A stretch of DNA of 64,000 nucleotides from NCBI GenBank assembly GCA_020137815.1, contig CM035353.1, forward strand, positions 6,944,001 to 7,008,000, given 5' to 3'. Position 1 is the stretch's first letter. Every line of letters starts with the position of its first letter. Positions 11,054 through 20,948 of the stretch are shown in pieces. Below the pieces are notes generated by a model that saw nothing but the letters and a program-made list of their open reading frames with translations, made no database searches and had not been told where the DNA came from. Source of the DNA: Hormiphora californensis. Taxonomy: Eukaryota; Animalia; Ctenophora. The position numbers and the translations under genes are program-made.

Positions 11054-12940
11054 CTAATCATCTCTTCTGGAGGGGTGATTTATCTCCACCAGGTATTCAT
11101 CCAGCAGCAGGATCCTCCTCGCGACCTCAAGTAGATCCGACAGGTCTTGCGTCGTTCCTCTTGGCCGGGCGATGATCAACCCCATCTGCCGCAGCATCAG
11201 GGTTAACAGGCCGTACATGGCGTCTGTTACCTTCTTGCTGGCTCTCTTCTGCTGGGCTGGATCGGATTCAGACTGTCTTCGGGGGGCCATCATGTGTGTC
11301 TCTCCTCCCCTAATCCGGTCATCTATCCAGGAGGTTGCCTCACCAATGGTGTCTAGGATAACCTCCTCCAGCTGCTGCGACAGTTCACGTACTGCCTCCT
11401 TCAGAGATGAACTCTCCTCTGCCTTGATCCTCATCTGCTGGAGCTGCTCAGTTCGCTGTTCCAGGGTATCCGCCCTACGGGCCGGAAAATACCCCTTCAC
11501 ATCCCACTTGAACCACTCGATGTGAGGGAGATTAGGAGGCGGCAATGTTGCCCCTGCCTCCTCAATGTACTCCCTATCCAGATGTTGGGCGAGCTGGTCC
11601 TTCTGCTTCTGAACTAACTTCAACAGCTTCTCTCGGTGCACCTCTTTGGTCACACTGAACTTCTTCTCGAACTCCTCTAACTGTGTGTCCCGCAGCTTCT
11701 TCGCTTCCTTCATCTCCTCCTCGAATCTCTCCCTGATCTTCTTCGCCCTGCGCTCGTACTCTCTTTCGATTTCCGCCACGCTCTGCATCTTTATCAGGGG
11801 GTTCTTACTCACTGGAGCCACCACCTCCTCTTCTTCTTCTTCTTCTTTCCTCGGCTTCCTACTTCTCTCCTTTCCTCTGGGTCTCTCATTCTTCTTCTTT
11901 CTTCTTTCTGACGATTCATCTCTTCTCCTACGGTCGTCCTCCTTCTTTCTCCTTTCTTCCTCTTTCTTCTTGCGGTCTGCTTCTTCTCTCTTCCGCTCCG
12001 CTTCCTCTTTCTTTCTTTCTGCTTCTTCTCTCTTCCGCTCCGCTTCCTTCGCCTTTCTTTCTTCCTCTTCTCTCACATCTCGCTGCAGGACCATCTCCGC
12101 TCTCTCCAGGTCCGCCTTCCTTCTTCTAATCTCCAACTCCCTGTCCTGGAAGGACGTCTGGATGGGAGGAGAGACTCGCCTCCTCTTCTCCTCACTGGAG
12201 GCGCCCTGTCTGGAGCTGCTGGGGTAGCTGTTGTCAGGGTGCTGTCGGTTGTACCTCCAGGTTGAACACTTCCGACAACGTTCCCTTGTAGGGTAGTTAT
12301 CGACCCTACACTTAGAACACTCCCAGTCCGCACCCAGGGATCTTGTGAATTTTACATCACTCCGTCTGGGCGCATCCCGGTTCTGCTTCCGTATATCAGG
12401 CATCCCCATCTTCACGTTGTTGTTGTAGTGATCCATCATGGCCTTCAACTGCTCCTGTTCGCTCTTAGCCGCCTTCTTGCTCTGCTCTTTCTTCATCTCG
12501 AGCTCCTTGGCAGTAAGAGGAGGGATCACAACCTTGGATGGCATGCTCCGGACGTCCTGGCCACCGAAACTAGACCCTGGCTGCTCTAGCGTCACGGTCT
12601 GTTTTGGTGCTCCCCTTCTGGATCTCACCGATTCGTCGCTGTCTGAACGTGAACTCGGCTCTCGGTGCCGTGAGTTCTCGACGTCCATCAGTAAGTAACT
12701 CTCCTCCTCCGAATCAATCTTGGTATTGATGGGAGCAAAGAAGTCATGATCAGTTCCTGGATTTACAATATCGTCAGGACGGGGGATCATGGAAATCTTG
12801 GGAGTTGGAGAAGCTCTTCCCTTGCGGGTCGAGAGCTTGTTGTCCTCCTCATTCTCCTTGATTCTATCACATGAGGGATCATTACAGGGAGCCGTCTTCG
12901 CACAGACGCGACAGTAATCTTTATGCCGGTCTCTGGTCAT
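11054..12940 (-). CDS. Intact intronless extra ORF of the Gypsy element: RanBP2-type zinc finger plus long charged coiled coil
   Basis: First ATG at 12940. WECSKCRVDNYPTRERCRKC matches W-x-C-x2-C-x3-N-x6-C-x2-C. It has E/K/R-rich heptads and lies between the integrase end and the PPT in the same orientation. Confidence 0.8.
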   Translation of the reverse strand: MTRDRHKDYCRVCAKTAPCNDPSCDRIKENEEDNKLSTRKGRASPTPKISMIPRPDDIVNPGTDHDFFAPINTKIDSEEESYLLMDVENSRHREPSSRSDSDESVRSRRGAPKQTVTLEQPGSSFGGQDVRSMPSKVVIPPLTAKELEMKKEQSKKAAKSEQEQLKAMMDHYNNNVKMGMPDIRKQNRDAPRRSDVKFTRSLGADWECSKCRVDNYPTRERCRKCSTWRYNRQHPDNSYPSSSRQGASSEEKRRRVSPPIQTSFQDRELEIRRRKADLERAEMVLQRDVREEEERKAKEAERKREEAERKKEEAERKREEADRKKKEEERRKKEDDRRRRDESSERRKKKNERPRGKERSRKPRKEEEEEEEVVAPVSKNPLIKMQSVAEIEREYERRAKKIRERFEEEMKEAKKLRDTQLEEFEKKFSVTKEVHREKLLKLVQKQKDQLAQHLDREYIEEAGATLPPPNLPHIEWFKWDVKGYFPARRADTLEQRTEQLQQMRIKAEESSSLKEAVRELSQQLEEVILDTIGEATSWIDDRIRGGETHMMAPRRQSESDPAQQKRASKKVTDAMYGLLTLMLRQMGLIIARPRGTTQDLSDLLEVARRILLLDEYLVEINHPSRRDD

Positions 12941-13722
12941 ATATTCTAGAAGGGGATAATGTAGTGTGTTAGTTAATGAAGCCAATCAACTATTCACACT
13001 TGTCATCTCACATGCCGCATCCAAACTTCGTAAATATGTACTGAAGGGTCAATTCAAACACAATCAATTACAATCAATTACAATACTAAACAGGGCAGAT
13101 ATATATCTCGCCTCCTATTCTGTATTTCCGGAACATTTGGACTGGAGCTTCTTCTTCTTCCTGAACTTCTCGTCACCAGGCTGTACAAGAGAGGATTTGT
13201 ATCGTCTCTCTCACACTTGCTGATTTCAGAGTCAAGTCAATTTTGACCGGATGTGTGTACTCGTCAAGTGACGTTGACACATAGAACAGGAATGGAGCAT
13301 GAGATGATTCCCCCCCGCCGCGCCGCAAAAACCTATCTCGTTGAGTGCTCACACTGAATGCTTTACATTCCTTGCGCTCGCACCCCCTTCTCGCTCGCCC
13401 CCTCTTGCTAGTCGCCGAAGATGCATTGTTGCATATCTGTCCCTCCTCTGGCATGTGCGCTGTGAGAAAGGAATGTGATCACACACACAGACAAACATGT
13501 TGCACCGAGACCGGGTTACTACAGCACAGAGATGATTCTCTCACAGATCTCACAGATATCGGACCATCTTGTGAGAGAATAAAGAATGAAAAGGAGCTGG
13601 CCAGAATTTGACACACTATCCTCTTCGATTACTTCCTGCTCTGGAGATCCGGCTGATAACCTTAGCTACTCTCTTCCTCAGTCTTCCTGCCCATGCTGTT
13701 CCACCTCTTTCCGGCTGTACTG

Positions 13723-13868
13723 GTACACTTGGGAAAGAAGTAATCTCGTGAGAGGTATCAGGTACAGGTTCGACAACAGGAGCTATAACAACAGGTACAC
13801 TTGGGAAAGAAGTAATCTCGTGAGAGGTATCAGGTACAGGTTCGACAACAGGAGCTATAACAACAGGT
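13723..13868. repeat. 72-bp tandem duplication in the pol C-terminal tail
   Basis: PVVIAPVVEPVPDTSHEITSFPSV occurs twice. Confidence 0.85.
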
Positions 13869-15659
13869 TCATCTTGTGTCTCCCCCGTAGCTAAATCGAT
13901 GAGAGGAACAGGATCAACAGGATCAACAACGGTTTCAACATTGACCCCCGTGTTTTCACCTGCCTGCTTCTTCCGGTACAACTTTAACTTCGAGATATTG
14001 ATCACCTTGTCCTCGTTGCTGATTTTGACACAATGTAAAGGTAAGGGTTCATAATCTTCACCAAGAATGGGCCATTCCAACGAGCTCCAAACTGTGTGAG
14101 CTGGACATTTATCCTCACAAACACCTGATCTCCTGCAGAGTACCTGGATATGACATTTCTGTCGTATGATCTCTTGGCATACCCCCAGTCTGTGTCCATG
14201 TTCTTCCTCACCCTCCTGGAGATATCCCGCAGTTCCTTGGAGCTTCTATATATCTCAGCAGACAAATTCGGCTCACTACTCTGTTCGGAATCACACCTCT
14301 ATCCAACATGAGCATCTCTGGAACATTCAACTCACGCCCATACACCAATCTAGCTGTGTAACCGGTCCTTCTGTTTTTCAAACAGTTTAGAACAAAGGAT
14401 ACCTTGGCAAGATGGAGATCCCAATTTCGAGGACACATTTGATGAAGTGTGGCCCTCAGAACAGTGTTGGTACGTTGTTGTTCATCTCCGCTCTCGCTGT
14501 ACTGGCCGCCTTGTAAGCTGTTCCATATGTTAACTTAACACCATGGATTTCGAAGAATCTTCTAAACTGGGCGCCTCGGAACCCCTGGTGATTGTCGCAT
14601 ATTATCTCAGTGGCCACCCCATACGGTACACCCAACTCCAGGATAGTTCTCTGTTCTCCTCACTGGTCTGGATTTCACCGGTACAGCATTACAAAGTTGG
14701 ACCAGGCGTCTGAGATGGTGAGGATTGCATGTTCCTCGAGGTGTGTTCCCTTTCCTCTGAGGAACAATGTGGTCGAATATGATGGCATCATTGAAATGGT
14801 GGAACATCATTCTCGCCATTGGAGTCTCCCGTAGGCCCTGGTTGTTGTTGGACCCACAGTTAACACACGCTGCAACGAACTCCTTCACATCACTCTCCAT
14901 CCCTGGCCAATAGTACACACCTCCGCAAACAAAGCTGAGTGTTTTCCACTCCGGCATGTCCGCAAAGATCACCATGGCACTGTTCATCACTAACTCTCTC
15001 TTATCCGGTGGAACAAGGATCAGCCACCTGTCTCTCCTGTTGATGTAAAATTCCACCTCCTCTGCAGTACTCCGTCCTCCACACGAAGCAAATTGAACTG
15101 TTCCACAATGACATCAGTTCAGTAGGGGTCCTGTTAGCTTGACGACGTTCGCGAGCCCTGGATCACCAATTCCTCACCACTAGAAATATATCGTCTCTCT
15201 CTTGCGCAGTTTCCCATCTCTCAGTCTAATAACTGTCCCCCCATCAGGAATATCAAAATCGCATTTACCTCCAGCACCTCTGGAACCGTGCTAGCGGTTT
15301 GGCGGTACACCAACAACTAGGTTCAACGGGTAAATGGTCTGGTGATGGACCTCACTTTCATTGCAGGAATCGAGCCAACCAAATCCAAAAGATCTGTATC
15401 ACAAGCCATCCGCCTCAGTGCCCTTCTCACCAACATTTGTTCCCTCTGCATCTTCCATATAACGGGAACACCATCAGTAGAAATTGTGGATTTTCTAAAC
15501 AGGAGAAATCTCGTCCTCACAATACTTCCCCTGATATCCGGCCACCCCGTGTAACTGGTTGATAACAACGTCAGTCACATCACCCCGTGAGATGAGATTG
15601 TTGACCGACTGCTGCTCACTCCCCAACTCTGATAAATCGTCAGATTGCACACGCCGGGG

Positions 15660-18325
15660 TTAAACCCCCCCCAAAGAAAAAACCCCCAAAACCAACGTAC
15701 AAATATCAAAAAATCGCGATATTCTTGAGGATGAACGCGGTTACTTTTTCCATTTTCATCAGGGGGCTCGCTAGGGATATTAGGATGGTCGTGTTGCCAA
15801 GGAGATTGGAAAACGAAAAGGAGACCCAGGAATCCGATCCACCTTTCAACAAAAGGGGGGGAAAGGGTTTTTCCAAAGTAGAGTTGTTCGACATAATGTC
15901 ATCTGTGTGAACTGGAGAATTTTAAGGGTTTATATACAATAAAGGCAATGACAGTACAGGAATTATAAAATTTTTTTAGGGAAACGGAGCCGTGAACACA
16001 TACCTTTACTCCGCTAATTAAAAAAACCTTTAAAAAAAAAATTTTTTTATAAGAAAGGGGGAAATGGGGAAAACATTAAATAAGAACCCCCCAAAAAAAA
16101 CTAAACCAAAAAAAGAAAAGAACCCCAAAAAAAAGAAACGCAAAAAAAAAAACCCAAAATAAGAAACCCAAAAAATTAAAAACCCCAAAAATTAAAAACC
16201 CCAAATTAAGAACCCCAAAATTAAAAAACCCAAAATTAAAAACCCCCAAAAATTAAGAAAACCCCAAAAAAAATAAAAACCCAAAAAAAGAAAAACCCCA
16301 AATAAAAAACCCCAAAAATTAAAAAACCCCCAAAAATAAAAACGCAAAATAAAAAACCCCAAAATTAAAAAACCCCAAAAATAAAAAACCCCTTTAAATT
16401 AAAAAACCCCCAAAAATTAAAAAACCAAATTAGGGGGGGGGGCCTCAAAAACCCCAAAATGGAAATTTTTGACCCAAACCCAATGAAAACACGGCAAAAA
16501 AAGGGTTTTTTTAAATTAGGTAAAAGTTTTTTAGACTTTTCGAAGGTGGGGGTAAAAATTTCACTCTAACATTTTGACGGGTTTAAAGGAATGGCCCGGG
16601 AAATAAGAAAGCGGGAACAAGGGGGGAAAACCCAAACACAAAAAAACTGCATGCAATAAACGCTTGTGTGTAAACACTCAGAACTGCAACATTTGCAGAG
16701 GACCGATCTTTCTTTTTTTCAAATGGGTGTGTCCCCCTGCTTTCCCCCCCCCCCCCTCCTCTCACACAACTCTCTCTCTCTCTCCACCTCTCACACCTCT
16801 CTCTTTCTTCCTCTCACCTCACCCCCCTCTCTCTCTCCCTCACTCACTCTCCCACCTCTCTTCTCTCTCTCTAACACACACCCAAAACCATCAATGAAAA
16901 AGAAAAAAAAAGACGAATGGAAAGAGAGATGGAGAAAACAGGGCACACCCCCTTTTAAAAAAAAACGAGATAAAATCGGTCCTCTGCACTGTTGCATTTG
17001 GTGTTTCCCAAAAAGCAGTTCATTGCATGCAGTTGTTTTGGTTTGGGTTTTTAAACCCCCCCCCTTTGTTGGCTTTCTTATCCGGTCCCTTTCCTTTAAA
17101 ACCTGTCCCCTTTAAGCTGAAATTTTGACCACCCTTCAAATAGTCTAAACAACATTTTACCTAATTAAATAGCCTTATTTTCCGTGTTTCAATTTTGGGT
17201 TTTTTTTTTGGGGTTCTTAATTTTGGGTTTCCCCAATTTTGGGGTTTTTTTAAATTTTGGGGTTTTTTTAATTTGGGGTTTTTTAATTTTTTGGGTTTTT
17301 TAATTTGGGTTTCTATTTTTTGGGGTTTCTTTTTTTTGGGGTTTTTTATTTTTTGGGGGTTTTTTATTTTTGGGGTTTTTATTTTGGGGGGTTTTATTTT
17401 GGGGTTTCAGGGGGGTTTTTTTTTTTTTTTGGGTTTTTTAATTTTTTTCTTTTTTCTTTTAAAAAACTTTTTTTTTTGGGGTCTTCCCCGGGCCTGAGGC
17501 CCCGGAGGTTTTACAAAAAACCCCCCGGGGGGGGGCCCCCCTTGGGCTGGGGTTGGATACAAAGGCGAATCTGGCCCCCCTTGGCCCCCAAAAAAAAAAA
17601 TTCCCAAGGGGGGAAAGGGGGTTTTGGGAAAATTGGTCCTTTTGGGGGGGAAAAAAGAGCCTAAAGGCCACATGCCCCAGGGAAATTAACCCTTTGGGAG
17701 GGCCCAAAAAAAGGTTTTTTTGATTTGGAGGACCCAAACCCAGGGGAAAAAACCCAGGAGGGGAAGGGGGGTTGGAGCAAAATTTGAAGAGGAACTAAAG
17801 GGGTTTAAAGCCAAAAGGGTGTTATTTGGCAGGGGGAAAAACTTTTTGGAGGGGCGAGAGGGGACCAAAAAAACCCCCAAAAAAAGCCCAGCTGGACCTC
17901 CCCAATGAGGGGACTAAAAAACCCGTACCCAGGTCCCAAACTGCAAAAGGGGGGTTAAAGGCCCAAACCAAAAAAGGGGGGCCCCAAAATTTCGGCCAGG
18001 TTTTGGAACCAGTACACCCTAGTTTTTTAAACCCCCACTTAAAAGAAAGGGAAAAAACCCCCCATCGGGCCTAGAAAGTTTTTGGGGAAAAGGAGGGAGT
18101 TAAAAAAGGCGGCCCCGGGAAACAAAGGGGGCCAAATAATTTTAATAAAGAATGGGGGAAAAAATTTGGGGGGGTTTTTTAAAAAAATTTTATTTTTAAA
18201 AAAACTTGAAAAATGGGTTTTGGAGAAGGATTACTTTTATTTAAAATGGGGCTTGAAAGGGGGGCGAACTTTTAGGAGAATTTTTGGGGGTTTTTGGGGC
18301 CCAGAAAAGGGGCAAAAATTCACGT
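15660..18325. other. Low-quality, homopolymer-inflated sequence containing a distorted inverted-repeat element (~16001-17480) related to the 1185 MITE
   Basis: Extreme A/C/G/T runs. 16680-16750 is the inverse of ~16930-17010. The element starts tacctttactcc-ctaattaa, like taccttactctcgttaattaa at 1183. Confidence 0.65.
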
Positions 18326-18603
18326 GATTTTCATACAATACTGAGTAAAAGAGTTCTTAGTATCAATATATCAATGGGATATATATACTACTTTATAAGA
18401 GAGTAGTATATAATACTAATGGGCATTACTGATTACGTTGTATACTTGTAAAATGGTTGAATTTATATACTAGAAAAGGACTTTAACGGCACTAAGTGCA
18501 CTTAGGAATTAAAAGTTCAGCAAAGACATGTCAAAATCAGACCCCCTATCTCTACCCCACGGCCTTGTGACCCAGAAATGAACAAACTTCGCTGATTCAC
18601 AAA

Positions 18604-20886
18604 CTAGAAAAGGACTTTACTTTAAGTGCACTTAGGCAAAGACATGTCAAAATCAGACTCTCAGATCTCTACCCCACGGCCTTGTAACACAGAAATAAAC
18701 AAACTTCACTGATTTACGTATTTCTGAGAGATGACTCATGGTCAGTCTCTCCCTTCCCCTTTGCTTCTTTGAAGCTAGTTCGACCTGACTTCACGCCCAG
18801 GATTGTAACACCAGGGGGATGATGGTACAAAATGGTGCCCCACGCCAACCTCCACACACTACTACTACTACTACTACTACGAGTGCCTGGGCTTGCCAAC
18901 GGCAAGCCCACAGGGGACTATCGCAAGCGATATCGCCGGCACTAGGAGAGCAGCCCCCCCAATCCCCCCACGAAAAAACCAAGAGGTTACAACAAGGACC
19001 TGTCATCTGACACGATCACTTGAAGGTGGTTCAAGGATTGGAGGTGCGTCTCCTGCGGTAGTTGTTTGATTTGTTTCTATTGTTTCCCTGTTCTGTGTAT
19101 TTCCCCTGTGCTACCATCAGGGGTTATACTCTCCTTATTTCATTTTTTTTCTTTCTCTTCTTTCGCTTTGAGTTCATGAACTTTGCTTATGATCTTTAAG
19201 GCTTCCTCTGTGTGGTGTTAGTTAGTGTCAGAATGGTGAATAGAAGGAGTTTCGCATCATGTAACCACGCGCTTGGAACTGATGTCTGGTGGACGTTTCT
19301 CAGAGCAGAAGATGACCTACGCTGCAGCTACCTCTTCGTATTGAGGCGCGCGGCGAGGGGATTGCAGCGCATTCGAAAACAAAAGGGAAAATGTACAAAC
19401 AGAATTTATTTGTTTTTTATTTTTATGCTCGCCCTGGGGTGCAATGAAGCTTCGCGCGCCGCTAGTCAGTTTGCTCGCGCGGTTGTGTTTTAGCGCGTGA
19501 CAGGGATGGCAGTCTTGCTTTCCGGAGATTTTTCCCGTGGTTAAAATCTGATTTTTGAAGATGTCACCCCCTGGGTGACGCGCGATGTTTTATTTGCGCG
19601 TCGTAGACATTTATGCTAGTTTTTTGGCTCTCCCACCTTTGTTTCTTGACCACGCGTGAGAGGGGAGGAGACAACTTCAAAAAATCCGACTTTAGGCTAT
19701 TAAGAGTCGTTTGTTAGGTTTGGAGTTAGAAAATTTAAAGTTTAAAATTTAAATGGATATTAAAAAGAATAGTTCATCGATTACAGTTCAACACAATGGC
19801 CAAAGGATTGTCTGGAGGGGGTATTAGTCATCCATGGGATGGCTGATGTCCAACACGGATACCCCCTTGACCAACATTCCACTAGCATCTTTAAGTTGGA
19901 ACGGTTTGAGTCCAGGGTCCTTGGTCTTGGGGCTTGAGCTTCCAGTCTGTCCCTGTGGTGAGGATGTGTTGTTAGGGGATGGTTTGGGAGAAAACCAGAT
20001 TTTCTCAGACGTGTGAAATATTATTTGGGTAAAGTGACTGGTTCTCAGCCAATCGGTAAGTAATATTTCCTGGTTCGGTCGGTTACTAATTACGTAAGTC
20101 TAGTTATAGTACCTGCTTCTTGTCCTTATTCTTGTTCCTCTTATCCTTTTCTTGTCTGAGTTGGTTCTGTGCTTCTTGTAGTGCTGCTTGGTGTTGCTGG
20201 AGTTGCTCCGCCTGTTGCTGCATCAATAGTTGCTGCTGTGTGATGTATTCTTGCTGCTCCATCTGTTGTCGGGCCAGAGTTTGTATCTCCTGTTGTTGTG
20301 CTAACAGAGCCTGTAGGTGGAGTTGTTAGCCTTGCTGTAGGAGGGGTTAGTTGGGTGGGGTGTGGAGATGGGGGTGGAGGTTATGGGGGGGGGGGGGGTG
20401 ATGGTGTGTATTGTTGAGTTGTACCTGGTTTGTGTTGGCGTTCTGGTCTAGCATCTGTTGGTTAGCTTGGTCATTCTGGTCCATACGTTCATCCGCTGGT
20501 TCATTGTTACCGGGTACTATTCCATTACCGGGTACTACTCCGTGTCCGGGTACAGCTCCATGTCCAGGTACAGCTCCGTTTCCTGGTGTCATTCCGTTGA
20601 CTCCAGCAACATTTCGGTTTCGGTTCTGTTCTAGAAAAGGACTTTACTTTAAGTGCACTTAGGCAAAGACATGTCAAAATCAGACTCTCAGATCTCTACC
20701 CCACGGCCTTGTAACACAGAAATAAACAAACTTCACTGATTTACGTATTTCTGAGAGATGACTCATGGTCAGTCTCTCCCTTCCCCTTTGCTTCTTTGAA
20801 GCTAGTTCGACCTGACTTCACGCCCAGGATTGTAACACCAGGGGGATGATGGTACAAAATGGTGCCCCACGCCAACCTCCACACAC
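18604..20886 (-). mobile_element. 1.77-kb insert (18860-20630) with a (TAG)n tail between identical 256-bp direct repeats (18604-18859, 20631-20886)
   Basis: Exact direct repeats; a diverged partial third copy at ~18470-18603; tail tactactac.. at 18860-18880; a Q/N/P-rich coding-like fragment at ~20110-20630. Confidence 0.65.
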
Positions 20887-20948
20887 ATCTATCAATGTTT
20901 ATATATAATCCTGATCAGATCTCATTATAATAATGTCTATTTCTGCAG

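Larger units (their letters stand above)
10343..15950 (-). mobile_element. Ty3/Gypsy LTR retrotransposon, 3' portion (frameshifted RNase H-integrase, extra ORF, PPT, putative 3' LTR)
   Basis: Minus-strand fragments: RNase H-like RFLLFRKSTISTDGVPV; integrase zinc region ILVPP...YYWPGMESDVKEFVAACVNC; WDLHL..V.FVLN...TGYT..LVYGRE; GDQVFVR...ARWNGPF (GPF motif). Polypurine tract AGGGGAGGGGGGA (10670-10658) is followed by TGGTGTAG. The distal LTR end is uncertain. Confidence 0.85.

Noticed and set aside
11054-12985. Retroviral-type env
   Set aside because: No signal peptide, fusion peptide or transmembrane anchor; the protein is highly charged
16030-17480. T4G4/C4A4-like runs resembling hypotrich ciliate telomeres
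   Set aside because: Run lengths are irregular, the region is homopolymer-distorted, and it begins like the 1185 MITE; better explained as a badly called inverted-repeat element
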